Sequence record: MW882907
Strand: one strand, 5' to 3'
Length of the DNA stretch: 64,000 bases
DNA from: Escherichia phage vB_EcoM_SQ17
In this document: positions 41,934 through 52,321 of the stretch, piece by piece
How positions within the stretch are numbered: the first letter of the stretch is position 1
Layout of the letters: each line of letters begins with the position of its first letter
Notes under the pieces: generated by a model
What the model was told of the DNA's origin: nothing
Database searches by the model: none
What the model saw: the letters and a program-made list of their open reading frames with translations, nothing else
Made by a program: the position numbers and the translations under genes

Positions 41934-43109
41934 TTAGAAATATTTTTTGTATGAATTGATTACATTTTGGTCTACATCATTATCAATTTGTGCAACAAGA
42001 TAAGAACTGATTTCAACTTCCTGAGGAGCTGCTTGAACTAAATCAGAGTTCAGATATTCACGAATCCAAGGATACGGATGCTTGGTCGGAGCATCAGTGA
42101 TTGGGCATGGCAAACCACACTGTTTCATACGAGACACAGTCAAGTAATCAACAAAAGCACACATACTCTGCGTATTGATACCTGGGCATGTACCGTCTTT
42201 AAAGAGATGTGCAGCCCATTCCTTCTCTTGTCTATTTACTTCCATAAAAATGTCAACTGCTTCTTGTTCGCATTCTTTAGCAATTTGAACCCACTCATCG
42301 CCATCAGTACCAGATTGAAGTTGACGGATAATGTACTGAGTACCCTTGAGATGGAGTTGTTCGTCACGAGCAATGAACTTCATAATCTTTGCATTGCCTT
42401 CCATAATTTCCATATTTTTATGGAAGTTGAAAGTACATGCAAATGATACGTAAAAACGGATAGCTTCTAAGGCGTTGATAACATGCAAACAGAGATAAAG
42501 AGACTTCATTAAATCACGCTTGGCGTTAAACATTATTTCTTCGTACATCTCAATATCATTCTGCTGGCATGAGCCTATTGAACACTCATAATCTTCCTTA
42601 GCATTTTCCCAATTACGAGTCTTGACTAGAACATCATCGTAATATTTACCTATTGATTCAGCTCGTTTCATGATTGCTTCGTCTAATACAATTTCATCAA
42701 ATACCTTAGATGGGTCTGTATAAAGATTTCGCATAATATGAGTATACGAACGAGAGTGAATAGTTTCACTGAATGTCCATGTTGCAACCCACGTATCTAA
42801 TGAAGGGTCAGAAATCAGTGCCATAAGTACCGCAGATGGGGCCCTGCCTTGGATAGAATCTAATAATGATTGATACTTAAGATTGTTTGTAAAGATGTCC
42901 TGTTGGAACTGAGGAAGCTTATTGAACTGTGCAGAGTCCAACATCAAGTTTACCTCTTCGGGGCGCCAGAAAAATGATAATTGCTTTTCGGTTAAATCTT
43001 CAAAAACTTTATGGCGTTGAATATCATAACGCGCAATACCAAGACCTGAACCGAAGAACATTGGTTCATTCAAAACATCGACTTGTTGTGTGTTAAAAAC
43101 TGTACTCAT
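41934..43109 (-). CDS. nrdB: Aerobic ribonucleotide reductase small subunit (intron-less)
   Basis: 391 aa continuous ORF; N-terminus matches T4 NrdB; no intron interruption. Confidence 0.95.
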   Translation of the reverse strand: MSTVFNTQQVDVLNEPMFFGSGLGIARYDIQRHKVFEDLTEKQLSFFWRPEEVNLMLDSAQFNKLPQFQQDIFTNNLKYQSLLDSIQGRAPSAVLMALISDPSLDTWVATWTFSETIHSRSYTHIMRNLYTDPSKVFDEIVLDEAIMKRAESIGKYYDDVLVKTRNWENAKEDYECSIGSCQQNDIEMYEEIMFNAKRDLMKSLYLCLHVINALEAIRFYVSFACTFNFHKNMEIMEGNAKIMKFIARDEQLHLKGTQYIIRQLQSGTDGDEWVQIAKECEQEAVDIFMEVNRQEKEWAAHLFKDGTCPGINTQSMCAFVDYLTVSRMKQCGLPCPITDAPTKHPYPWIREYLNSDLVQAAPQEVEISSYLVAQIDNDVDQNVINSYKKYF

Positions 43110-43162
43110 TATATTTTCTCACTTAGTTTAACTCATCCATGAGTAAATTATAATCAAAAGTC

Positions 43163-45418
43163 TTAAAGCTTACAAGAAGAACAATCGTCGGCTTTAGGTG
43201 TTTCTAATTCATAGTCATCTGTACCCGACCCATCACGAGTGTTATGATAGTAGAGGTTTTTTCCGCCAAAGTACCAGAAGTAAAGCAGATCGTCAAGCAT
43301 TACCGACATTGGCACTTTACCTTTCTCAAATACCGCAGGGTCATAATAAGTATTAGCAGAAGCAGATTGGCACACCCATTTCAACATGATAGCAACTTGG
43401 GTCAAATAAGGTTTATTACCTTTCTTAGCAAGTTTCCACGCGTAGTCGTAAAGACTCATGTTATGTTCGATATTAGGAACAACCTGACGGAAGTTGCCTT
43501 CTTTAGATTCTTTAATACTTACTGGACCGCGTGGGGGCTCAATCCCGTTTGTAGAGTTTGATACTTGACTGCTTGACTCACAAGGCATGAGTGCAGACAA
43601 CGTCGAGTTACGAATTCCATGTTCTTTGAGTTCAGCTCGAAGTTCTTCCCAGTCACAGACGTAGTTCGGGGCTGCGATTTGGTCAATCTTTTTATTGTAC
43701 CAGTCGATAGGTAATTCGCCTCTAGACCATTTAGTATCTGAATAATACTCGCAAGGTCCTTTTTCTTTGGCGAGTTTGATTGAAGCTTTAATAAGGCCAT
43801 ATTGCAATCTCTCGAACAATTCATGAGTCAAATCGTTAGCGTCTTCATATGAAGCAAAGTTAGAAGCTAACCATGCAGCATAGTTCGTCACACCGACACC
43901 GAGATTTCGACGCTTTTTAGCTTTTAAAGCTTCTGGAACCGGATAATCTTGATAGTCTAACAGGTTATCAAGTGCACGTACTTGTACTTCAGCAAGTTCA
44001 TTAATTTTATCTTGGTCTTGCCAATCAAATTTATCTAATACAAAAGCAGATAATGTGCATAAACCAATTTCAGCATCAGGACCATTCACATCATTAGTTG
44101 GAATAGCGATTTCACAACATAAGTTACTCTGACGAATTGGAGCTTTTTCACGAATAAACGGAGTGTAGTTATTCGTGTTATCAACAAACTGTGGATAAAT
44201 TCGAGCAGTGCCAGAACGTTCAGTCATGAACAATTCAAAGAGTTCTAGTGCTTTGATTCTTTTCTTTCTGATTGTTGGGTCTTTTTCAGCTTTCTCATAA
44301 AGCTCACGGAATTTATCTTGATCTTCAAAGAACGAGTAGTATAGTTCGCCTGACATTTCGTGAGGGCTAAATAAAGTAATATAATCATTTTTACCAAGGC
44401 GTTCCATCATGAGGTCATTAATCTGAATTCCGTAGTCCATATGTCGAATACGGTTTTCATCCACGCCTTTGTTATTTTTCAGAACTAATAGGTTCTCTAC
44501 TTCTAAGTGCCACATCGGATAATACGCTGTAGCAGCACCACCACGAATACCACCTTGAGAACAAGATTTTACTGCAGTTTGGAAATGTTTCCAGAATGGA
44601 ATAACACCGGTATGTCGAACTTCACCCATACCGATCTTAGAACCTTCTGCACGAAGCATACCAACGTTGATACCGATACCAGCTCGTTTAGAAATATATT
44701 CAATAATTGATGCTGAAGTTTTGTTAATAGATTTTAACGAATCACCTGCTTCAATAACTACACAACTAGAGAACTGACGGGTTGGAGTACGAGCACCTGC
44801 CATAATTGGGGTTGGCAATGAAACTTGATGAGTAGAAACGGCATCATAAAAACGAATAATATGTTTCAAACGGTCGTGAGTTTCGTCTTGATGTAAGGCC
44901 ATACCAATAGCCATGATAGCAAACTGTGGAGTTTCATAAATCTTCCCAGTTGTTTTATCTTTAACCAGGTATTTTTCTTTAAGCTGCATAGCACCAGCAT
45001 AAGTCAGATCAAAATCTCGCTCATGTTTAATCCGAGAATCAAGATAAATGATTTCTTCTGCAGAATATCTAGACAACAACTCAGGATCATATTTGCCTTC
45101 ATTAACACAGTAAGAAATATGGTCGATAAAAGCAGGCGGTTCAAACTGCCCATATACATCTTTACGAAGTGCAAACATTAGCCCTTTGGCGGCGACATAC
45201 TGATAATCAGGTTCTTCGACAGAAATCGAGTTAGCTGCAACTTTAATACAAATCTTCTGGATATCTTTAGTGCTCATCCCATCTACAAGATGGGTCTTAA
45301 TTTCTTCGTACAATTCATATGGGTCAATTTGTGTTCCTTCACATTGCCAAGTTAAAACTTGAATAATTTTCTGTGCATCAAAATTTTGGGATACACCACT
45401 GCTCTTAGTTACTTGCAT
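43163..45418 (-). CDS. nrdA: Aerobic ribonucleotide reductase large subunit
   Basis: 751 aa (T4 NrdA 754 aa); class Ia RNR. Confidence 0.95.
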   Translation of the reverse strand: MQVTKSSGVSQNFDAQKIIQVLTWQCEGTQIDPYELYEEIKTHLVDGMSTKDIQKICIKVAANSISVEEPDYQYVAAKGLMFALRKDVYGQFEPPAFIDHISYCVNEGKYDPELLSRYSAEEIIYLDSRIKHERDFDLTYAGAMQLKEKYLVKDKTTGKIYETPQFAIMAIGMALHQDETHDRLKHIIRFYDAVSTHQVSLPTPIMAGARTPTRQFSSCVVIEAGDSLKSINKTSASIIEYISKRAGIGINVGMLRAEGSKIGMGEVRHTGVIPFWKHFQTAVKSCSQGGIRGGAATAYYPMWHLEVENLLVLKNNKGVDENRIRHMDYGIQINDLMMERLGKNDYITLFSPHEMSGELYYSFFEDQDKFRELYEKAEKDPTIRKKRIKALELFELFMTERSGTARIYPQFVDNTNNYTPFIREKAPIRQSNLCCEIAIPTNDVNGPDAEIGLCTLSAFVLDKFDWQDQDKINELAEVQVRALDNLLDYQDYPVPEALKAKKRRNLGVGVTNYAAWLASNFASYEDANDLTHELFERLQYGLIKASIKLAKEKGPCEYYSDTKWSRGELPIDWYNKKIDQIAAPNYVCDWEELRAELKEHGIRNSTLSALMPCESSSQVSNSTNGIEPPRGPVSIKESKEGNFRQVVPNIEHNMSLYDYAWKLAKKGNKPYLTQVAIMLKWVCQSASANTYYDPAVFEKGKVPMSVMLDDLLYFWYFGGKNLYYHNTRDGSGTDDYELETPKADDCSSCKL

Positions 45419-45461
45419 ATAGTCCTCAGTATAGGTTGATAGACATTACTCCAAACGGGAT

Positions 45462-45490
45462 AGTATTTATCCCGTTAATTTATTATAAAC
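45462..45490 (-). promoter_or_regulatory. T4-type early promoter variant upstream of nrdA
   Basis: Plus ATAGTA, 17 nt, ATAAAC. Confidence 0.4.
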
Positions 45491-45505
45491 TTTTAAACTG
45501 AAGCG

Positions 45506-45760
45506 TTAATTATCATCAGCAATAATTTCTTCGTATTCTTTAGGTGTCAAGACTGTGATATCGAAATAAACCAACGGTTCTTTTTCTATACCGTAACCAC
45601 CACAAAATTCACGATATTCATAAATTCGTTCGTGTGAATAACAAATAAACCGTTCACCTTTAACTGTGATTTCACTATTCGGTGAAGGGATATCCAGTTC
45701 ACTTGGATTTTTCATTTCAAAAATTGTGGTGCCATATGAATTAATAAAACGTAAAATCAT
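45506..45760 (-). CDS. Hypothetical protein between td and nrdA
   Basis: 84-aa ORF. Confidence 0.5.
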   Translation of the reverse strand: MILRFINSYGTTIFEMKNPSELDIPSPNSEITVKGERFICYSHERIYEYREFCGGYGIEKEPLVYFDITVLTPKEYEEIIADDN

Positions 45761-45761
45761 T

Positions 45762-46073
45762 TTATACCGCCATTTTAGCTTTGATAGCTGGATGTGATTC
45801 GTAATTTTTAAGAATAAAGTCTTTAGGACGAAGTTTTAATACATATTCGATTTGTTCTTCGGTTGATAGATGTCTAAATTTGTATGGTAATCCGTTAATA
45901 ACTAATTCACACAGTTCTTTAGGCTCACGACGAAGAACTTCTTTGCATTGTTCTACATGATTGCTGTAGATATGCGTGTTGCCGCCTGAGAACACTAAAT
46001 CACCTGGGATAAGGTTACACATCTTCGCTACAATATGCGTCAAGGCAGCGTACGAGGCAATGTTGAACGGCAG
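45762..46073 (-). CDS. td: Thymidylate synthase, exon 2
   Basis: Track ORF 45762..46076 encodes TS C-terminus (LPFNIASYA...); its ATG belongs to the intron 3' end (..CATAATG|CTG). Confidence 0.93.
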   Translation of the reverse strand: MPFNIASYAALTHIVAKMCNLIPGDLVFSGGNTHIYSNHVEQCKEVLRREPKELCELVINGLPYKFRHLSTEEQIEYVLKLRPKDFILKNYESHPAIKAKMAV

Positions 46074-47089
46074 CATTATGTTCAGATAAGGTCGTTAATC
46101 TTATCCCGGAATTATATCCAGCTGCATGTCACCATGCAGAGCAGACTATATCTCCAACTTGTTAAAGCAAGTTGTCTATCGTTTCGAGTCACTTGACCCT
46201 ACTCCCTAAAGGGATAGTCGTTAGGCATTTATGTAGAACCAATTCCACTTATCAGATTTTACACGGTAAGTAACTAATCCTGATGAAATTTCAAAATGTC
46301 TAGCCGCATCGGCTGCACATTCAAAAATAATCCCATCGCATGAAATCTTTTTGATGTTAGCTGGCTTTTTGCCTTTCATCTTTTCAGATAGTTTAGTTTT
46401 AGTTTTTTCTGAATGTTTGTGATTAAAGAACGGGTTATTTTCACCTGAACGTTTTCGGCACTTTCCACAAGTATCGGCCGAAGATGGTATGCGAACACCG
46501 CATTTACAAAACTTGTGGTTTTCTGGATTCCATCGGCCATTTTTACTTCCGTGTTTACCATAAAGAGCTTTCCGACCATCAGGACCAAGCTTAAGCATCT
46601 TAGCTTTAACAGTTTCAGCTCGTTTCTTAGCAATTTCTTCTTTTAATGGATGATTTGAAAGCACATCGCCAAAAGACGCATCAGCAATATTATATCCATT
46701 AATTTTAGAATTTAGCTCTTTAATCCAAAAATTTTCTCGTTCAATAATCAAATCTTTCTCATATGGAATTTCTTCCAGTACAGAGCATTCAAAAACATTA
46801 CCATGTTTATTAAAAGACCTTTGAAATTTTATAGAAGAGTGAACACCGTTTTCAAGGTCTTTAAAATGTCTCTTCCATCTTTTCTCAAAATCTTTAGCAC
46901 TTCCAACATACACTTTACCGTTTAAAGTGTTTTTAATCTGATAAATTCCGCTTTTCATAAACACCTCTTTTTATATAGAAGTATTTATTAAAGGGTAGTC
47001 CTACAATTTAGCACGGGATTGTCTACTAGAGAGGTCCCCCGTTTAGATAGATTACAAGTATAAGTCACCTTATACTTAGGCCTAAATTA
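46074..47089 (-). mobile_element. Group I self-splicing intron of td (about 1016 nt) carrying I-TevI
   Basis: 5' end TAATTTAGGCCTAAGTATAAGGTGACTTATACTTG and 3' end ...CTGAACATAATG match recalled T4 td intron; splits TS between ..DVFLG and LPFNIA.. Confidence 0.92.
46221..46958 (-). CDS. I-TevI GIY-YIG homing endonuclease (intron-encoded)
   Basis: 245 aa from ATG at 46956-46958 (track start is an upstream GTG); MKSGIYQIKNTLN.KVYVGSAKDFEKRWKRHFKDLE matches T4 I-TevI. Confidence 0.95.
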   Translation of the reverse strand: MKSGIYQIKNTLNGKVYVGSAKDFEKRWKRHFKDLENGVHSSIKFQRSFNKHGNVFECSVLEEIPYEKDLIIERENFWIKELNSKINGYNIADASFGDVLSNHPLKEEIAKKRAETVKAKMLKLGPDGRKALYGKHGSKNGRWNPENHKFCKCGVRIPSSADTCGKCRKRSGENNPFFNHKHSEKTKTKLSEKMKGKKPANIKKISCDGIIFECAADAARHFEISSGLVTYRVKSDKWNWFYINA

Positions 47090-48488
<1,399 letters not shown>

Positions 48489-48505
48489 TTTTATTTGATA
48501 GGACT

Positions 48506-48535
48506 ACTATAACATAGCCCTATCTTGTTATAAAC
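48506..48535 (-). promoter_or_regulatory. T4-type early promoter variant (minus strand)
   Basis: Plus ACTATA, 18 nt, ATAAAC. Confidence 0.4.
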
Positions 48536-48927
48536 TACTTTTTAAAAGTTTTTTGCAAAAGTTTGATGATTTCGTCGACGTTAGTTTCATCTACGATACA
48601 ATGTATTTTTGTTACATCTAAAGCTATACCTTTGTTGGTAGATTGAGGCTTTACTAAATCTACCTCAGTAAAGTATTTGAACTCGTCAGGATAAATCTCA
48701 AAATAAGTTTCAATTTCACCACCGGCAGAACATACAGTACCGTCTTCCATAGTTACACTTACTACGTTTGGCGTATCGTCATCATAATCAGGTTCCATTC
48801 CGTTTACAACAAAACTAGGCCCATGGAGTTCAATCAATTTTAACATCTTAGCGTTATTATGTGGTGCTTCTTGAACAAAGTCGTCTTTAAATAAAGGGTT
48901 AATGATATAAGATTTTCCGATTTCCAT
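48535..48927 (-). CDS. Hypothetical protein (frd.2 position)
   Basis: 130-aa ORF with early promoter upstream. Confidence 0.55.
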   Translation of the reverse strand: MEIGKSYIINPLFKDDFVQEAPHNNAKMLKLIELHGPSFVVNGMEPDYDDDTPNVVSVTMEDGTVCSAGGEIETYFEIYPDEFKYFTEVDLVKPQSTNKGIALDVTKIHCIVDETNVDEIIKLLQKTFKK

Positions 48928-48955
48928 TTTGATTTCCTCATGTTGTTGATAGAAC

Positions 48956-48985
48956 TATAATATCACATCTAGGGAAGAAGTAAAC
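48956..48985 (-). promoter_or_regulatory. T4-type early promoter (minus strand)
   Basis: Plus TATAAT-like hexamer, about 18 nt, GTAAAC. Confidence 0.45.
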
Positions 48986-49004
48986 ATCTTTTTTGGCAAT
49001 TTAC

Positions 49005-49034
49005 AGATACTCAAAAGGGAGACCGAAGTCTCCC
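49005..49034 (-). terminator. Stem-loop terminator downstream of gene 32 (GGGAGAC-CGAA-GTCTCCC)
   Basis: Minus strand: hairpin then TTTTGAG; just beyond gp32 stop. Confidence 0.7.
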
Positions 49035-49040
49035 AATTTA

Positions 49041-49943
49041 TTATAGACCAGCTAACAGGTCATCGAGGTCGCCATCATCAGAGGATGAGGTAGAGCTCAT
49101 GAAGTCATCTTCAGTTTTTGCAGAACTAAAGGCTTCCATGTCTTTATCAAAATCGTCGAGGTCAGAAGCAACTTTATCTGCAACAGAAGCTGCGGCAGCT
49201 GCTGCACCACCCAGAGCGGCAGTACCAAGAACTTGTTTAAATTTAGTATTCAATTCTTCAAACGATTTGAACTTATCTTTAGAAGTCATTTCAGAAAGGT
49301 CAACCATTTGTTCGAACAATTCTTTCTGGAAAGATTCATCATCAATGTTTGGAATCGCAGATTGATTCAGGAATTTAGATTCGTCGTAGTTACTGAAACC
49401 AGAAACCTGTTTAACTTTCAGCACAAAGTTAGCACCTTCCCATGGGCAAGTTACATCAACAGGAGTTTCACCCATTTCAGTATCGACTGCAATCATTGCA
49501 TTGATTTTGTCCCAAATCTTTTTACCAAAACGGTATTTGAATACTTTACCTTCATTATCTGGAGCTTGTGGGTCTTTAACAACCAGGATATTAGCCCAAT
49601 AAGAAGTTTTACGTTTCAGTTGAGAATATTCTGTTTTGTTTGTATTGTACAGATCATTTTTACTAATGTACTGACATACTGGACAAGAGTCATAATCGCC
49701 GTGTGTAGATGAACAGGTTTCAATATACCATTTGCCGTTTTTCTTGAACCCGTGGTTAACAAGAATTGCAAACGGAAGTGCGTCATCTGTTTTTGCCGGC
49801 AGGAAACGAATTACCGCTTGACCATTACCGGATGCATCGAGTTTCAGCTTCCATTCACCTTTATCTTCTGAAGAGAAACCTTTGTTACCATTCAGTTTAG
49901 CCATCTGAGCTGCGAGGTCTGCGGTACTTTTACGTTTAAACAT
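49041..49943 (-). CDS. 32: Single-stranded DNA-binding protein gp32
   Basis: 300 aa; near-identical to recalled T4 gp32 incl. N-terminus MFKRKSTA and acidic C-terminus ..[12 protein letters not shown]. Confidence 0.98.
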   Translation of the reverse strand: MFKRKSTADLAAQMAKLNGNKGFSSEDKGEWKLKLDASGNGQAVIRFLPAKTDDALPFAILVNHGFKKNGKWYIETCSSTHGDYDSCPVCQYISKNDLYNTNKTEYSQLKRKTSYWANILVVKDPQAPDNEGKVFKYRFGKKIWDKINAMIAVDTEMGETPVDVTCPWEGANFVLKVKQVSGFSNYDESKFLNQSAIPNIDDESFQKELFEQMVDLSEMTSKDKFKSFEELNTKFKQVLGTAALGGAAAAAASVADKVASDLDDFDKDMEAFSSAKTEDDFMSSTSSSDDGDLDDLLAGL

Positions 49944-50020
49944 TTTATTTGCCTTTATTTAGATTAATTAAATTTTACAGTTGGTTGCTACGACACTTAT
50001 ACCTCGTAGCTGGTATGATT

Positions 50021-50028
50021 TATTTATA
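50021..50028 (-). promoter_or_regulatory. Late promoter core (TATAAATA on minus strand) upstream of gene 32
   Basis: Plus-strand TATTTATA about 80 nt upstream of gp32 start. Confidence 0.45.
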
Positions 50029-50057
50029 AAGTAATTTTAACACACAAGAAATAAAGC

Positions 50058-50711
50058 TTAATACTTACATGATTTGATTGTTTCTATGAACAATTTCTTA
50101 GCAGCATTTCCATCGATTTGAAGTATTTTTCGATATGCCTTTAATTTGGTAGAATAATTTTGCCAGACTAAGTTATCGGTGAGTTCGTCGTGCTTATCTA
50201 TAATATTCAAAAATGAGTCCAACAATAAGAAAGTCTCAAATGAAATTATATTGCTTTGTAGCAGTTTGAATATGTAGCTCGACTGAACGTTGTTATTATA
50301 ATCAAATATCTCTTGAAGCGCACTAACTTCAACTTTCTTACTGAAATAGTAGATGTTACGTACATCTTCAGCAAACGTCTCCTTGGCTTGTTTGAGACGT
50401 CCAATATATTCCCTATAGAAAACTAATGCATCAGCGTCTGATATCTCACCAATCCATGCGTCTTGGTTAGCAACTAAGTTGCTTATGAATATCAAGGTGA
50501 GTTCCTTCAATTTATATTTCTCTGCTAGTTTTTCAAAGAAATATTTATCTCGGCGTTTTTGATACGCATTATCCGAAACACGCATGCACCAGTTATATTT
50601 GATTACGTCATACCGACCATTAAAATGTTGTTTGCACATCAAGTATAGTTTGTATACCGATTTTCCGTTAATATAACGTTCTCCATCAGGAGGCATGCGT
50701 ATTTTAATCAT
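50058..50711 (-). CDS. 59: gp59 helicase loader
   Basis: 217 aa, same as T4 gp59; extensive identity (MIK.RMP..GERYI.GKSVYKLYLM.KQH.NG.YDVIKYNWCMRVSD.AYQKRRDKYFF). Confidence 0.96.
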   Translation of the reverse strand: MIKIRMPPDGERYINGKSVYKLYLMCKQHFNGRYDVIKYNWCMRVSDNAYQKRRDKYFFEKLAEKYKLKELTLIFISNLVANQDAWIGEISDADALVFYREYIGRLKQAKETFAEDVRNIYYFSKKVEVSALQEIFDYNNNVQSSYIFKLLQSNIISFETFLLLDSFLNIIDKHDELTDNLVWQNYSTKLKAYRKILQIDGNAAKKLFIETIKSCKY

Positions 50712-51046
50712 AATAAGAAATCTAACGTATTAGTTTTTTCACCACGAGCAACTGATGGGCGAAGCATGTTTTCGTCAATTGCTTCGCTTGTAATTTTTTC
50801 AACAATTCCTGTAGGAATAAATTTAGCAAATTGTGTTTCTGGAATAGAATTTTCTTCCAAGAAAGCAGTTGTTGCTTCTAAATAAGACATACCAAATTGT
50901 TCAACCATGGATTCGATAATGAATCCGTTTTCTTGTCGGTCAAGCAATTTAGCGATATCATCTTTATCGTGTTTTACTGCTAATTCTTGTTCAGATAAAC
51001 CGGCCTCATCAACCGGCTTAATATCACTTAGTGAAAACTGTGTCAT
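50708..51046 (-). CDS. 33: gp33 late transcription co-activator
   Basis: 112 aa; near-identical to recalled T4 gp33. Confidence 0.95.
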   Translation of the reverse strand: MTQFSLSDIKPVDEAGLSEQELAVKHDKDDIAKLLDRQENGFIIESMVEQFGMSYLEATTAFLEENSIPETQFAKFIPTGIVEKITSEAIDENMLRPSVARGEKTNTLDFLL

Positions 51047-51293
51047 AAAGCTCGACTACCTCTTCGTTTTCAGCTTCAAATTGGTCACGAGCGTCTTTAT
51101 GATAAAGAGCTAACAAACGATTAAACATTTTTCCATCAACACCAAGCTCTTCTTTAGCACGAGTACGAATGTCTTTAATCAGTTCATTATAACCAGAAAT
51201 TTTAAGTTTGTTATCGGAAGCTTCCTTGACTAGTTTAGCCAGTTCTTCACCATGCACATCTTGATTAAATTCAACTGCTTCTTTCTTAGCCAT
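51024..51293 (-). CDS. dsbA: Double-stranded DNA-binding protein DsbA
   Basis: Track ORF 51024..51311; T4 DsbA (89 aa) aligns from internal Met MAKKE. Confidence 0.9.
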   Translation of the reverse strand: MAKKEAVEFNQDVHGEELAKLVKEASDNKLKISGYNELIKDIRTRAKEELGVDGKMFNRLLALYHKDARDQFEAENEEVVELYDTVFTK

Positions 51294-51300
51294 GTTTACC

Positions 51301-52218
51301 TCAGAATTCATTAATTACACTTGTTAATTTAGAAAGACCAGATTTTACAAAGTACGAATAAATCTTGCCTTTAGGTTGTGGTTTATATGAGTTATAATAC
51401 TCTATAATGGTTGAAGCAATATTATCAGGGATATAATCAAAATCAATGAGAACCAAATTTTCTTGATACCGTTTATATTCTTCTGCACTTAATAATACTT
51501 CAGCTTGAGAACGGTCATTGGCAATTGCTTCAATAATCGTTGTTTTCATGCTCGGAGTTCGTTCACCATCAACTCTGGTAAACCAGAAGTCGCCACGAAC
51601 TCGAACAGATGCAACGCCGTCTTTACGGTCACCTTTAAGAATTTTAGTCATGCAATCAATTTCAGCAGAACCGTTCTTAATTTTAACCCATTTTTTCTGT
51701 GGTGGTGACCACTGTTTAACGTTAGGATATTTGTGTAATTGTGTAAAGTCACCATCTGATGCAACAATACATACCTTATGTCCAGCTAATGACAAATATT
51801 TAGTTAATACACCGATATGGTCATCCGCTTCATACTTGTCAATATCCATTACAACGTATGGCATGTATTTCTTAATCTCATCAACAACTTGACGGAGCGC
51901 AGTAAAATATCCTTCCCAATCCCACTTTGAAGCTTCACGATCGGTTTTACGATTTTTCTTGTAGTAGTAAGCAAAGTCACGACGCCAATAACCTGAAGTA
52001 GCATTATCCATACACAATACAAATTTTGTATAGCCTTGCTTACGGAACATCACTACGTTTTTACGAATTGAATTCAAGATTACATGGCGAACCATCGGAA
52101 CAGTAATTTTATCGCCGTCTTCAAAGTTGTTTAATGCGGCTGCTAATGCAATGTTACTAAAGTCGGCAAGTGCAATACCTTCTTTGTAATCTTCATCCAA
52201 CATCATTTCTAAATCCAT
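51301..52218 (-). CDS. rnh: RNase H (5'-3' exonuclease / flap endonuclease)
   Basis: 305 aa, same as T4 RNase H; N-terminus MDLEMMLDEDYKEGI matches. Confidence 0.96.
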   Translation of the reverse strand: MDLEMMLDEDYKEGIALADFSNIALAAALNNFEDGDKITVPMVRHVILNSIRKNVVMFRKQGYTKFVLCMDNATSGYWRRDFAYYYKKNRKTDREASKWDWEGYFTALRQVVDEIKKYMPYVVMDIDKYEADDHIGVLTKYLSLAGHKVCIVASDGDFTQLHKYPNVKQWSPPQKKWVKIKNGSAEIDCMTKILKGDRKDGVASVRVRGDFWFTRVDGERTPSMKTTIIEAIANDRSQAEVLLSAEEYKRYQENLVLIDFDYIPDNIASTIIEYYNSYKPQPKGKIYSYFVKSGLSKLTSVINEF

Positions 52219-52250
52219 ATGAACCTCTTGTTCAGTTAGTCAACTTGACT

Positions 52251-52280
52251 ATAGTAACATACTCATTTGAAAGCGTAAAC
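52251..52280 (-). promoter_or_regulatory. T4-type early promoter upstream of rnh (minus strand)
   Basis: Plus ATAGTA, 18 nt, GTAAAC. Confidence 0.5.
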
Positions 52281-52283
52281 TGG

Positions 52284-52291
52284 TATAAATA
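52284..52291 (+). promoter_or_regulatory. T4 late promoter core TATAAATA for gene 34
   Basis: Exact TATAAATA about 30 nt upstream of gene 34 start. Confidence 0.65.
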
Positions 52292-52321
52292 AGTATTATT
52301 GAAACAATAAAGGAAAAACGA

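Noticed and set aside
45762-46076. Stand-alone 104-aa ORF starting with Met
   Set aside because: It is td exon 2; the apparent ATG is the last three nucleotides of the group I intron, and the coding sequence is joined to exon 1 by splicing.
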